Source of the DNA: the human T2T-CHM13v2.0 reference genome, Homo sapiens
Assembly: GCF_009914755.1 (NCBI RefSeq)
Contig: NC_060936.1
DNA length: 64,000 nt
Direction: 5' to 3' (one strand)
Shown here: one piece after another, positions 1-15,278 of the stretch
How the letters are laid out: every line of letters starts with the position of its first letter
Position numbering within the stretch: the first letter of the stretch is position 1
Notes under the pieces: model-generated
The model's database searches: none
Told to the model about the DNA's origin: nothing
The model's input: only the letters and a program-made list of their open reading frames with translations
Position numbers and translations under genes: made by a program

Positions 1-302
1 GGGCCCTGATTTCTTCTTTGGAGTCTCTGAAACGCTTCCTGTCTTCTTCTGTTCTTCACGCCCCATGCCCCGGCTAGCGTATTACTGTTCTGTGACTTCC
101 CTGTGACCTCTGCAGTACTCCTCATCCTGCATTTGGTATCCAGGTGTCACCTGTCTGCCGTGTTCCTAACACTTTGATTCCTGTCTTGAAAAAAGCACCT
201 GCTGCACCATAAGCCCTGGGATGTGGCAGCTGCAGCGGGCTTGGCTTTCTGAGGAACCAAGTGTGTCCACGTTGGGGGAACGTCATACTTGATACACACG
301 TT

Positions 303-308
303 TTTATT
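303..308 (-). terminator. Candidate poly(A) signal in the FAM86 3' UTR
   Basis: AATAAA on the minus strand about 270 nt after the stop; usage unverified. Confidence 0.35.
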
Positions 309-578
309 TGCACAAAGAAAATGCTATTTTTGGAGCCAGAATTTTCATGTCTGATTTATGGTGCTTTTCTTAAGAACCAGAACTACTGGCAGAAAGGCGG
401 CACCCACACGCTTAGACAGCTGATATCTTATTAGAGGGCAGTTTGTGGTTCCTGATTTGGAATTTAACAATCTCCAAACATTCCAGTCCAATGAAAGTTT
501 TAGCCGCTTTCCCATATAAAAATTCTTCCCATGAGAGTGACTTGATTCTTACAATCCCGTTAGAGTCGTGTGTGAGTC

Positions 579-679
579 CTACAGTGTGAGGTTCAGCATT
601 GCCATCTCCAAGTGCTCTCCGTAGGGAAACAGTTTCTGGTCATGATGAGCTTCTGCTTCCCATCTGATCCCGGCCCAGC
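579..679 (-). pseudogene. FAM86: FAM86 exon 8 coding part
   Basis: cag|GC TGG GCC GGG ATC AGA TGG ... EHLEMAMLNLTL TAG (stop at 579-581); 3' UTR continues towards position 1. Confidence 0.92.
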
Positions 680-1164
680 CTGGAAACAAAGCACGTGTTT
701 AAGGATGGCGGTGTTTGGGGACAGGACATGAGCGTTTTGTGTGGGGCTGCTAGGACAGGCCTGGCGGGGTGGGGGGTGTCTAAGTCAGTTTACTTGTTTC
801 ACAGGTTCCCAGGCCCACCCACATACCTAGAATTGGCCTCCAGGATGGGACCAGACATCTGGTTTTGCATAGAAATGGCTAGCAGCAGGCACCATGCCGC
901 TGTCCACTCTCTGCCTGTGTCTGCCCCAGCACTTGGCACAGCAGGACAGAAGCAGAGATCTGAACCCACATCTACCTGGCTGCTCAGTCAACTCACTCTT
1001 CGCAAAGCTTAGAAAGTGGCAGGGCACAGCCAGACTCTGTCTCAAAAAAAAAAAAAAAAAAAAGGTTGGTTGGGGCTTATACTATGTGTGCTGCTTGGCA
1101 CTGTTTTTTTCACTTAAAAGATATTGCAGGTTTTTTTCACGTAAGTATCTGAAGAAAGACTTCC

Positions 1165-1483
1165 TTTTTTTTTTTTTTTTTTTTTTGCTTTTTTGCTTTT
1201 TTGAGACAGGGTCTTGCTCTGTTGCCCACGCTGGAGTGCAGTGGTTAGATCAGGGCTCACTGCAGCCTCCACTTCATGGGCTCAAGCCATCCTCCCACCT
1301 CAGCCTCCTGAGTAACTGGGACTACAGGCATGTGCAACCACATCTGGCTAGTTTCTGTATGTTTTGTGAAGACGGGGTCCCACTATGTGGCCCAGGTTGG
1401 TCTTGAACATCTGGGGTCAAGTAGTCCTCCTGCCTTAGCCTCCTAAAGTGCTGGGATGACAGGCCTGAGCCCCACGCCCAGCC
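1165..1483 (-). mobile_element. AluJ-like
   Basis: Poly-T followed by an antisense dimeric Alu. Confidence 0.9.
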
Positions 1484-2347
1484 AGCCTCCTGTGCGAGGT
1501 TGTGCGGGACTCTGTCATGGAACCCAGTATGCCTTCATGTGCTGGCTTGTTTGTTGACTCTGTAGTTAACGGGCTGCCCCACGTGGGCAGGTACTGGGTC
1601 GTCTGTGTCTCTGTGTGCAGGCAGAGGCTGCTGCGAGTGCATCTGTGCAGATGGCTGCCAGGAGGGGCTGTGCTCAGGGGGAGCTGGGGCAGAGGCTGGT
1701 GGCAATGGGGGGCTTGGGTGTAGTGTGGAGGCACTAGAGCCAGGTGGCCGGGCTGCAGTCTGCGGGAGCTCGGGGGTCGCTTGGCCTCTGTGTGTCCCAG
1801 TGTCTTTGTCGGTGTGATGGGACAATGACAGCACACCCTCACAGGTGCTGGGGGCTGACAAATGTCAGGTCTGAGGACAGTGGCTGGCCCACTACGGGAC
1901 CAGTTTCCCTTCTCTATAGTCACCCTGCTCGTCTTCCATCAACTGGGTGCTCAGGACAGTGGCGTGGAGGATCCGCCTGTACAGCCTGTGCTCCAGCATC
2001 CTGCAGGCCACAGCTGTGTCCAGCCCTGACCCCGACTGCCCCTCCCACCACCTCCATTTTATAGATGAGGAAACCGAGGCCCAAGGGCTTAGGGAACCGT
2101 GCTCTGAAGCACATAGTAGGGCTGCTGGGCTCAGACCCTCCCTCCCTGTGCTGAGCTGCCCTCCTCCTGCCGCAAGCCCCCATGCCCCGAGCCCACCCTG
2201 CTCACCGGCCTGTGCCCGAGTTCCCTGCATGGTGTAGGAGTGTGGGACATCCTAGCTTTTCCCCGGTGCCCAGTTCTTTCACTTCCACTGGAGTCCTGCA
2301 GGGACAGCTCAGGGACCATGCAGGCCCGGGTGCGTGTGGGGGCTCAG

Positions 2348-2497
2348 CTAGCTTGGTGGTGAACAGCTGGCACGTCTCTGGGTTGCGGACGGTAAAGGCC
2401 ACGTAGACCTCAGGAGCCCGCTTGTGCTCCTGGCAGGCAGCCAGCCTCCGCAGGACCCCGACCAGCGACACGATGGCTTCTGGGCAATACAGCACGT
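2348..2497 (-). pseudogene. FAM86: FAM86 exon 7 (donor GT>CT)
   Basis: VLYCPEAIVSLVGVLRRLAACQEHKRAPEVYVAFTVRNPETCQLFTTKL; followed by ctgagc instead of gtgagc; 150 nt. Confidence 0.92.
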
Positions 2498-3324
2498 CTA
2501 CGGTGAAAGCTTCAGGTTACTGAAAGGGACAAGTGGAAAGTTCCAGTTCATGCTGACCTCAGCAGCAGGGCGAGGCCAGAGAGGCAGCGGTCCTATGAGA
2601 CTATTAGATGCCATTTGACCATTTGGGCCATTAGATGGAAAGGCAATTACTTGGGTGAAAAAGGAGAACCCTTAGTAGAGAAAGCTGCAAAAGACCGAAG
2701 CAAAAGAAAAAAATCTCCAGACTCACTGGTGTTCCTTAAAAAACCAGCTCTGGTTCTTGGCCTATCTAGAGGGCTTTGAATGACAGAAAGCCTGACCCTG
2801 CCATGAAATTCGTGTTTCAGGTGTCTGCCGATTGGTCTGCTGGCTTGCAGGGGTGGGCCTGTGTCCCTGGCCACCGCTGGACCTGTGGGTTTCAGGGCTG
2901 GGACCCAGGACCACAGGCAGAGCTCTGCTTCACCAGAGAGGGGACTGAGTGTGCTTGCAGGGGTGAGGGGTTTTCGGTGGCCCAGCCAAATACCACCTTC
3001 TCTCATGGGCCTTGTCCTTGTCCCAGAAGTGGTTGTTTTCCTCCTGTGGTCTCTGAAGGACACAGGGCATGGCTCTGGGACAGAGCCATGTGCCGACGAC
3101 TGTAACGGGAGTATGCCTGTCTCCACCAAGAGGGCTGTGGCTTGAAGGTCACCTTAAGAGGCACCCCTGTCCTTTGATGTCACCCTGGAGGCCCAGAGTA
3201 ACTCTTCTGGAAGCCCCATCATGTCCATGTCTGACAGCGTCCATTGTTCCCTTTTCCCAGAGCCAAGAGCTGGGTAGAGCTGCAAGGACACCGCCTGCAC
3301 AGGGTGCCCGGGGCTGGGCATTAC

Positions 3325-3590
3325 CTGCTGCAATGACAACATCTGGCTGGAAGGCAGAGAGCTGATGGACCGTCGCTACGTCCCAGTCCAGCTGGGCCAC
3401 TGTCACCCTGGGGCTGTCTAAGTTGGCAGTGATGTCTGCCTCTAATGAGAGGCCATTGAGAAAGACATTCCCTTGGAGCTGCTCGAGGACCCGGCTGTGA
3501 GGGTCGCTGAAGATGTATGCCCGGGGGCGGCACATCTTGCAGATGGCAAGGCCTGTGAGGCCGGCACCACTGCCAAGTTCTAGGACAGTC
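3325..3590 (-). pseudogene. FAM86: FAM86 exon 6 (SAM-binding motif I)
   Basis: TVLELGSGAGLTGLAICKMCRPRAYIFSD...LDWD...QPDVVIAA within ORF 3149..3919; ag/gt flanks; 266 nt. Confidence 0.95.
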
Positions 3591-3672
3591 CTGGCGGGAG
3601 GAAAGGGGACCGTGTCTTCGACTGCACCAGGGTAAGCCTGCCTTGGTGCCCTGCCCTGTGCCCCGAGGTCAC

Positions 3673-3806
3673 CTGTTAGTGAAGGCTGCTGGGTTCTCGA
3701 TGGCCCATTCTGCAAGGTAGAGGGTGGCGTCCCATGTGACCAGGCCTGTGGTACCGTGAGAGATGATGGCTGTGCTCTCGGAGATTGTGACCGAGCCTCC
3801 CGAGGG
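3673..3806 (-). pseudogene. FAM86: FAM86 exon 5
   Basis: PSGGSVTISESTAIISHGTTGLVTWDATLYLAEWAIENPAAFTN; ag/gt flanks; 134 nt. Confidence 0.92.
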
Positions 3807-3873
3807 CTGCACCAAGAGAGGGCGGGAGAGTCAGTCCAGCGATCAGAAGGCAAGTGGCTTAGAAGACAAGTAG

Positions 3874-4786
<913 letters not shown>

Positions 4787-5043
4787 TGAGCACCAGGTCC
4801 TTGTGAAGCAGGTAGTGTGTGTCACCTATTGGACAAATGCCCAACAACCCCACGAGACATGCTGTTGTTGTTGAAGTGCTTGATTTACAGACAGGGAAAC
4901 TGAGGCTAAAGAAGGTTAATGGACCTCATGTCTAAGACTGCAGAATGGGTGAGTCAGGATTTGAACCCACACCCACGTTTTCACTTTTTCTGTGCAGGAA
5001 GGGTATCTGGGCTGTGAGGGGGAGGAGGGTGCCCTTCTCATAC

Positions 5044-5145
5044 CAGCAAATAGCTCCGGTGGCCCTGGGTGGACTCCTTGACCATCAGAGTCTCTGCCAG
5101 CCCCTCGTACAGCTCGTCCAAAGGCTCCGTGTGGACAGCCTCGTG
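5044..5145 (-). pseudogene. FAM86: FAM86 exon 4
   Basis: HEAVHTEPLDELYEGLAETLMVKESTQGHRSYLL; ag/gt flanks; 102 nt. Confidence 0.92.
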
Positions 5146-5285
5146 CTGGGGGCATACAGAGTGAGAGCTTGTTTGCTTTCGTACTAATCTGTAAAAATGG
5201 CCAGATGATTTTCACCAAGTTTGGAGGGGAGATTTGGGATGGAATGGTGTAATACCGGCCAGCTGGTATATAAAATATTCACTTC

Positions 5286-5410
5286 GTTGGGCGTGGTGGT
5301 GTGTGTCGAATAGTTCCAGCTGCTCTAGAGGCTGACATGGGAGGACTGCTTGAGCCCAGGAGTTCGAGGACAGCCTGGGCAACAGAGATCTTGTCTCTAA
5401 AAAAAAATAA
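5286..5410 (+). mobile_element. FLAM / Alu monomer
   Basis: Single left-arm-like unit with an A tail. Confidence 0.75.
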
Positions 5411-5842
5411 TTCCACTTCGTAGGGAAACCTGGACGGGAGGGCCTCCAACAAGAGGTGTTGAGAGGGTAGGGTTAGGTGTAGTCTAGGGCAGGAGACAAG
5501 GATTCCGTGAGAGCTGCCACATGACCATGACAGAGAGCTCTGTGTTTGGATCAAACACAGAGAGGAGGAAAACAAAAGGTGCTTTTAAGTGAGCCCAGGC
5601 AGAACTGTGAGGGCGGCCCATGCTGCAGGCTGTGGCTGTCAGCAGGCTGCTTCTCCACAGCTGGCCCCGTCCTAGGATTCACAAGGCAGCAGCAGGGTAC
5701 ACTGGGTGACTGCTGCCCTCTCGTGGTGGCACAGGGCAGACCGGCTGGCAACCACAGATGCACCCTTTTGGGGAGGACTAGGGAGAAAGCAGGTATTGGA
5801 GAAGCAGGGGATTGTTTATTTGCTAAAAGTGTGGCCCTTTCA

Positions 5843-6241
<399 letters not shown>

Positions 6242-6739
6242 TAAAATCCATCCTATATCAGTCAGGAAAGAGCTCATTCCAGCAGGATCAATGAAGAGAA
6301 TTCACCAGAGGAACTAGTTCCAAAGGTATGGCAAGAGCTAAATCTTCCAACAGGGGCCCGTGGGGCAACCCAGAGACGGACAAGAGCAGGAAACTCCAAA
6401 CCCTTCGGCGGGCAGGACAGAGGGTGTGAGTGAGGGTTCCAGTGTTGTGGGCTGGACCAGCCTGGTAGGAATGAGAATTCATATGCTAGGAGATGGGGCC
6501 CCAGAGAAGCAGCTGCTGTGGAAACCCCAGGAGGCAGAGTGAGGGAGAGACGCTGGCCTCCCCTTCTTCCCACCCTGCACTGTCTCCCATGGGTCACACT
6601 CAGCTGCAGCCAGTTGCCTGGGGAGGCCCCTGCCATGCCGGGGTTTGCAAAGCAGGCCCAGGGCCTGGGAAGGACGGGGGCTCCAGCACGCAGGTGGCTA
6701 TGCTGTCCGGCTACTGGGCGGACACTGCCCATAACTGAC

Positions 6740-6822
6740 CTTTTTGATGAGTTCTGAGAGAAAGCACCGGGCATACTTGACTGACGGCGGGTGCTTCACA
6801 CACACACAGGATGCTTCACAGT
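6740..6822 (-). pseudogene. FAM86: FAM86 exon 3 (+2 nt in TG repeat)
   Basis: tag|ACT GTG AAG CAT CCT GTG TGT GTG TG AAG CAC CCG ... AAA AAG|gtcagt; 83 nt. Confidence 0.9.
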
Positions 6823-7326
6823 CTACGGCAAAGGACAGAACGTTGGTTGCTCGAGAGCCCGTCTTAAGTCTCCTATGAGCTTCAAGCCAACACAACAGAG
6901 GGCAAACTCCAGGCTACCTGATCCCTCAGCAAAGATGCAGATGGACACAGCGTTCTGGCCCCACGCATCTGAAGTTCGTCTTAAGATGTAAGCCGTTTCC
7001 TAAAAATGCTTCCACTGCAGTGGCACAGGCTATGGCAGCATTTCTAACGCCCATTCTGAGCAGGAACACAGGGCATGTGGGTCCCAACCACCTCCCTCCC
7101 AGGGGAGCCAGTGTGAACCAGGGTTTGCAGTAAGGACAGTCGCCAACTGTCTGGCTCTATGGAAGAGGTGGGAAGGCCCACTCAGCAACTGCTCTCTTGG
7201 ATCATGTGTCCCTGGGGACAGGATGGAGGGGAGGGGGTGCTCAGGGTGACTCCAGCTAAAGCCGAGAGAAGCCAAGTGCAGGATGAGCAAGTTCCAGGCA
7301 GTGGGAACAGCCTGTGCAAGCTCTGA

Positions 7327-7818
<492 letters not shown>

Positions 7819-8714
7819 TTGTGCTGGGTTTTAAAGCAGCTCTCCCTATATCTCATGCTTCACCACCTACCAGAGTGAGGCTCAGGGTGAAACTCAGAGC
7901 AAGGTGCAAGACAACTTCAGGTATCTCCATGCTCGAAGCCCTGACCTACTGTATTGCCCCGAAAGTCTTCCCTGCTGTGGCTGCATCTTTTCCACGTGGA
8001 TAATCTTGGTTCACCTCTAGCACAGGAATTCTTTTCCGGGGCTCCTAGGATGGGCTGGGTGGGTGGGAGTGGAGGATGTCTGCCTCCCCTGAGTTTGTAT
8101 GGAAAAGGTATTCTTTTGGTGCACTTCTTTCTGGGAGGGAGTCTATTGCTTTGTCTTTTCAGAAGGGCTCATGGCCCTTCGAAGGTGAAGACCCAGGATG
8201 CAGGGTGATCTGCACTTGGCCCTCAAGGCCAAGGTCAGGCTGTGGCTGGGCCGGGTGGTGATCCTGGCTCTCACCTGCATGCAGATGCACTTGAGTCCAA
8301 ACCCCACCCTGGGCAAAGCAAGGGCCCATTTAGGTCTAGAAGAGACAGGAGTGGGTGGGACAGGCCTCATGAATGCAAAAAAGAAAGTCTCTGAGCATCT
8401 ACCAAATGCTAGAAGCTGTTTTGCACCTGTCATCTCTGTTTTTGCTGTGGATGGTTTAAAAAACATTCCCTAGATTTCCCCCCTCTTGCAGATTTTTGTA
8501 TATTCTGATGTCTTTGTCTAAGTCTTAGATAGAAAACGAAAGCGCAGGAGCTGTCGGAGGTGCTGACACCCACCTGCAGTGCTGACTCAATGGTTTTGTT
8601 CTTTGAAGAGGGCTGTTTTTAAAGGGTACAAGCACACCTGTGGTTCTTCTCTCAGGTCTTCCGGAGAGATTCAGGAGGCAGAGTCATGAGTCCCAGGGAC
8701 TCTGGGATTCTTAC

Positions 8715-8777
8715 CTTCTGCAAAATATCCCACAGCAGCTCAGAATCTGATGAGTCTCTTAACTTTGCTTCTAAGCT
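8715..8777 (-). pseudogene. FAM86: FAM86 exon 2 (acceptor AG>TG)
   Basis: SLEAKLRDSSDSELLWDILQK, 63 nt; preceded by cacactg, followed by gtaaga. Confidence 0.9.
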
Positions 8778-9269
8778 CAGTGTGGACGGGGGAGGGAGAA
8801 ATCTCAAGGGCGCATTCACAGGAACATTAAAACACGCAATAGAATGTGTTGGCAAAGCTCTATGTGATCCCTCCCTGGGGACGTGGAGCCAGTTGGAAGT
8901 GGAAGCCACAGCGGCTGAAAGCCTGACCTTCAGATGTCGCAGGGTGCACCTGGATGAGTCACAGGAAGAAGGCTGACTCTTGGCCGCATGAGTCCTGGCT
9001 ACTCAGCTGCCACCCAGGTCATGGGCCAGCTCCCTGGTTGCACTGGTCAGCCAGGAATTACCAGGGCAGCCATGGCACCAAGGTTTGATGGGCTTGCCAT
9101 CTGAGTTTAAGTGGAAATGCAGAATGTGCCCATACCAGCCTGGGTTACATTGTCCTCTTATAGGGGCCTCAAGCCCAGCAGCGAGCTTTGGCTCCCGAGT
9201 TAGGCAGACTGTCTCGGCTGGCATGTGGCACACGGCAAGGCACTTCATTGCTTCAGAGCTCCTTCTATG

Positions 9270-10080
9270 CCATAAAAAGCCCTACAAGACCTGGTGCTAA
9301 TCCCTCTCTCTGGCCTGTTCTCCCTCACCCCTGGCCCACCCTGCTCACTCCACTCCAGCCACACTGGCTGCCTTGCTGTTGTTCCTCAACCACAGCTGGC
9401 TTGTTTCCACCACAGGGCCTTTGCATATCCTGTTCCCCAAACCCTTCCCATGGCTGGCTGCTTCACCACTTAGGCCCCAGTTCAAATGCCACCTCTTTGG
9501 GGAAGGCTTCCATGATTCCCTGACTTTGGTGACTCTTCTCCCCAGTTGCTCCATTCACCATTTCCCTGTTTTATTGGCTTTAAAGCCACTTTCATCTGGT
9601 CTTTTCTTGTTTATTCATTTATCTGTTTATTCTCTGGCTCTCCCATGCAAGCAGAGCCTCATCTATCATGGGTACTGCTGATCCATGGTGCCTGGCTCAC
9701 GGAAGGCATTTATTAAACATTTTGAGACTGAATAAAACACTAGCTAACACCGACATGCATTTACCATGAGCCAGGCACTGATCCACAGGCTTTTGTACTC
9801 AACGCTGACAACAACCCTAAGAGGTAGGTATCATTATATCCCCCATTAATAAGAAAACAATAGCACAGAGAGATGCAGTCACTTGCCCAAGGTCACACAG
9901 GGCAAGGGGTTGGGCCAGGATTCGAAGCAGGCAGGCTGTCTCCTGGGTCTGAACTCTCAACTACTTCACCCTAATCAAACAATCCCTCTGGTCAAATGTG
10001 AGTGATAATAATAGTACCCACCTCGTGGGTGTTGAGGGTGAGCCCAAGTTAGCATTCAGCGTGGGCATGTGAACAATTAT
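9270..10080. mobile_element. L2 and MIR fragments in FAM86 intron 1
   Basis: cactccagccacactggct...cagggcctttgca (L2); cttgcccaaggtcacacag (MIR core). Confidence 0.6.
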
Positions 10081-10539
10081 AGTCAATATTGAATGGAGAC
10101 CTATGATGCTTTTATGAAGGTTTCTATTTTGGATTAAAAATGCACAAATTTCTCCTGACCAGAAATGATCTCTGAGTGCTAAATATTTTATGTCAATGGA
10201 AGAATGCAAATGATTAAGCAACACCCCATAAAATGGGGCAGACCCAGGGAGGAATATATATCCAAACTGACTCATCCCAGTGAGCTCACTGCACATGAAT
10301 TACAAATGGAGCGGGGTGCATTAAGCCCCTCTGCTGGCAGAAGGGAGGCTGCTGCCTGCCATGCGCCTGTGCTGAGAATGGCAGGTCCCCAGGGAGAGGA
10401 GAGGCCACCCCCTTCTCTTTCTCTTCCATCACAGGTGTGAAAGCCTCAGCGCATGAGCCAATTCTGTGCAGTGCTCGACATACAGATGAGAACACTGAGG
10501 CACGAGGCACAGCCTGTGATCTGGCCACCGCGCTCAGGA

Positions 10540-12200
10540 GGAGGTGGTTACCCGCGGGCCTGAGGGCGCTGACTTTTTAGAATGGGCGAGTGCAGCTGTG
10601 TCCCAGTGTCCCAGTGACCAGAACGATTACTGCCTTTTAAAAGTCGTGAAAAGGATCGTGAACTGTACCCCACACCGAGCGCGCGTCTGCCCCCCAAGGC
10701 GGTGGAGACACCCCCAGCTTCCGCCGCCAGCTCGCGGGGCAGAAGGGGTGCGAGCGACTCTGGCCAGGCCCCAGGGACGGAACCGGGTCTGGCGGCCCTG
10801 ACCGGGGAGAGCCCAGGAACTCACGTAGCCGGAGCGCCGGGGGTTTCAGCACGGAGACCCATCCCGTCTGCCCCTGGACTCCCGCGAGCCCCGCGGGCCT
10901 CTCCGCTCGCCCCGCCGCCCACATGCCAGGGGAAGGAGCGCAGTGTGCGCGCCGCCAGGAAGCGGCGATCGAAACCCTGCAGCAAGAGTTCGATCCCGCG
11001 TTCTCCTCGGGCGCCATGACGTGGGCGGGGCCGCAGCGTTGCCGGGAGACCTGGAGGAAGCCGGCCTGGACTGAAGAGGGGGCGGGTCCGGGGCAGTGCG
11101 CGGGGGCAGGGAGGGGGCGGGGCCTGGGGGGTAGGGTCAGGAGGTGCGTCCTGGGGGCGGGCTCTAGGGCGGGGCTAAGGTGAGCCTTAGGAGGGCGGGG
11201 CCTGGGGTGGGGCCAGGATGAGCGCCATGAGGGCGAGGCCTGGGGTAGGGCCAGGATAAGCCTCACTGGGGCAGGTCCTGGGTAGAGACCAGGTTGGCGG
11301 GTCTTGGGGCGGGGCCAGGATAGGGCGATCCTGGAAGCTGGGCTTCGGAAGCGTCCAGGTTGGTGGCGTCCTGGAGGCAGTGCCTTGCGTGGGGGCAGGA
11401 TAAGAGTCCTGGAGGCGGGCATTAGGGCGGGGATAAACGCCATTGGGTTCAGGAGGCGGGACTCAGAGCAGAGCCCAGGAGACAGGTCTTAGGGCGGGGC
11501 TAAGGCCAGACCCAGAGAAGGGCTCAGGAGGCGGGGCAGGGGCGGGGCGTTGACTATGTCTTGGCACATGGCCAGGCGGTGCGCGGACTCTGGGAGGCGG
11601 AGCTTAGGACGGGCCCACGTGGGGAGGGGCCCAGGGTCCGGGAGGCGGTGCCGAGTCCCGGCTGGGCTGCGCTCAGGAGGCGGGCCCTGGGAGGCGGAGC
11701 TTAGGGAGGGGCCGGTGGCGGGAGGGACCCAGGGACTGGGAGGCTGGTCGGGGCTGGGCTCAGGGTCCGAGACCTAGCTGGGCTTGGGGCGGGGCCGAGA
11801 CGGAGCGAGGGGTCCAGGGTGTGGGAAACGGGGAGGGGTTTGAGGAGAGGATCGGAATGTGGCTCAAGTTCGGGAGGCGTTACCTGCGGAGGGTTTGAGG
11901 CACGCCCAGGAGCGAGCCCACGGTCTGCCGACGCGGGGCCAGGGGCGGGCCCCAGGATCCGGAGCTTCGGGCGGGGCGGAGTCCGAGTTTGGGGCCCGGG
12001 AGGCGGGGCCAGTTAGGGTGAGGGTCCCTGGGATCGACGGGTCAGGTCTTGGGCTAACGTAGGCACTCTCGCAGTTCCTCCGCCTTCAGGAAGGTCTTTT
12101 TAGCAGAGGCCTTACGGGTGCGCGCTTCGGTCCTGGAGGCCTTATCCTAACCTCCTCTCCATCAGCGCCACCCGTCTGGGGCCCGAAACGAGGGAGCTTT
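10540..12200. promoter_or_regulatory. CpG-island promoter of the FAM86 copy, many GC boxes, possibly bidirectional
   Basis: Very GC- and CpG-rich; repeated GGGCGG/GGGGCGGGG at 11040-12010; TGACGT next to the ATG; spans exon 1. Confidence 0.85.
10923..11017 (-). pseudogene. FAM86: FAM86 exon 1 coding part (1-nt deletion near codon 8-9)
   Basis: ATG GCG CCC GAG GAG AAC GCG, then shifts to the frame ELLLQGFDRRFLAARTLRSFPW; ends CAT|gtgggc; 95 nt. Confidence 0.9.
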
Positions 12201-13418
12201 CCCTCTGTCCCCCAGCCTTTGGACTGTCACCAAACAAGCCATTCGTTCATCAAAAATACTTATTAAGCGCCTACCATGTGCCTGACAAGGGAGATGTAAC
12301 GGTGAGAAAAAGTAGGTGTGGTCCAGGCCCTCCAGGGGCTCAGGGGCTCGTGGAAGAAGTGGACATTGAAATACTTATCACACAAATGAGGATAAAAGTA
12401 CGATAGCGATATCTGCCACGAAGGTGAGCAGACAGAGCTAGCGGGGCTTGCAGGAGGAGTTTTGATCTTGCAGGGACAGGAAGGAGGAGTTAGCTCCTGC
12501 GGGGTGGGATTGGGGGTGGTGGTGATATAGACGTGGGGACAGAGTGGAAAACAACAAAAATATAATTATTTTAGTTCAAAGTTATTGTGTCTTGAGTTGA
12601 AAGGCAGGGCAGTTAGCAACACAGTTCAGATTTCAGTACTGCCCCTGAAATCTGAACTGTGTTCAAAGTCTAAAACGTTTACCTTAGCAAATTCCTCATA
12701 AAACTCCATTTGGAAGAGTCCCGAGAGCGAATTTGTTAAGTACACTTGCAAAAGGTAGATGAGGAGACAGATAAAATCTTATTACCTCTTTCAGATGAGA
12801 GCCACTTGAGCCCTGCTCAGCTATGAGAATAAGAGAGGGGAATTAATTCTAATTGAATACACTTGTTCTCTTATAGCTGTTGTTCCACACCAGAACCAAA
12901 TGAGCGCAAGATCTGACAAAGAAAAAAAAAGGTTCATCTTTTATTCCTCCAAACACTTTCATTTAAATCAAGAGGATGGGATGTGGTTATTGCTGTGTTT
13001 TTAGGCAGAATCAACGGTTTCTGGGTCTGAGATGGTGCATACACCCTCTCAGTCCCTGTATCCTGAGATGGAGTCACCTAAGAATCCACAGCAAGTCCTA
13101 ACCAGGGATGGGTCTGGGTGATTAAGGAAGGTTGGCTTCAGAACTGGGCCAGGGGCACTGCTTTGCTTTTGCTGTTTTGATCAGCTCTCTGCCTGCAGGA
13201 GACAAGGAAAACCAATGGGAACAGGTTAGTTGTACTCATAAATCCTGGGCTTATTTTCTTAACTCACATAATAGCTATTAATTGTCTTTCCTCCAAGGAG
13301 CAAAAGGGCATATATGGTCAATGCCATAGTAAGTAACATTGTATTATGTTATACTAAAATATTAATAAATCTAGGTTGGTTCAGTCTTTCCTGAGTCCAT
13401 AGATTGGAAGCAGACTGA

Positions 13419-13803
<385 letters not shown>

Positions 13804-13809
13804 TGATGA

Positions 13810-14151
<342 letters not shown>

Positions 14152-14810
14152 TCACTGAAGGGATTTTTTTAATGTCACGTGGTTCTCACAGGTGCGATGT
14201 GTTCAGGAGCAAGTGAAGATTACGACGGATGCTTAAAAACAAACGTAAAATTCCAGGTGGTGTTGCTATGGGTAGCAGCATTAGGACAATCTGAGTGGTT
14301 TCAATTGCGAGAGTGTGCGTGTATGTGCAAGAACTACAGTCAAGATTCAACTTCTGGCTTTGAGGGTGTCTTTAATAACAGTAATAACAACCTAAGGCAG
14401 TTTAACAGTATGGAATGGTTGCCTTTTAGAAGTTAAGCTATGGGCATGGAAGTTCAATCAGTACCTTGAAGTTTTTCCTTTATCTCTCCTATGGTTAATG
14501 ATTTCTGCAGAAAAGGACCAATTGATTTCTTTCTAAATCGTTGCTTCAGGGTGTAGAGACCTTTATAGGTCATGTTTCAACTTACAGAAAATTTTTATAG
14601 TTCAAATATAAATTACTTTCAATGTGGACTTTGTAAGAGAATTTAAGGTTAAGTAAAGTTTCCACTTTCCTTAGGCTGTTTGCAGTGCCCAGCAGGCCCC
14701 ATCATATCAAGATGGAAGTTATGTTAAAGGAGGAGGTTGGTCAGGGATGGGCAGAATAAGGGATATGCGCAGCTCAGGCTAATGATACAATGATTTTGAT
14801 GCAGAAAGAA

Positions 14811-15106
14811 GGTCAGGCATGGGATAACGCCTGTAATCCCACTGCTTTGGGAGGCCAAAACAAGAGAATCGCTTGAGGTCAGACCAGCCTGGTCAACAGA
14901 GTGAGACCTAACCTGTACAAAAAAACCCACAAAAAAACAAAAAAAAATTAGTCGGGCATGATGGTGTGCGCCTGTAGTCTCAGCCACTTGGAAGACTGAG
15001 GTCAGGGGATCCCTTGAGCCCAAGAGTTTGAGGCTGCAGTGAGCTATAATCACAGAACTGTACTCCAGCCTGGGTGACAGGGTGAGGCCCTGACTCAAAA
15101 AAAAAT
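14811..15106 (+). mobile_element. AluJ-like
   Basis: Diverged dimeric Alu. Confidence 0.88.
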
Positions 15107-15109
15107 TGA

Positions 15110-15278
15110 GTCAGGGAAAAAATTTGAAATCTTAATCCTCAGTACACAGGAATGTGACCTTATTTGGAAATAGGGTCTTTCTAGATGTAATCAAGTAACA
15201 GTGAGTCATCCTGGATTGGGAGCTGCTGGTGAGGGGGCAGATGCAATGACTGGTGTCCTTATAAAAGAAGAGAATGAG
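15110..15278 (+). mobile_element. MLT1 fragment
   Basis: gaatgtgaccttatttggaaatagggtcttt...gactggtgtccttataaaag. Confidence 0.65.

Noticed and set aside
8715-11017. Compensating lesions: the -1 in exon 1 plus use of the AG 2 nt inside exon 2 would restore the FAM86 frame
   Set aside because: The restored frame hits TGA in exon 3 (CCT GTG TGT GTG TGA); skipping exon 2 also stops at once; the gAG acceptor is weak.
10637-11443. 268-aa ORF across the CpG island
   Set aside because: Stop-poor GC-rich sequence; only MAPEENAG is real FAM86, the rest is promoter and intron.
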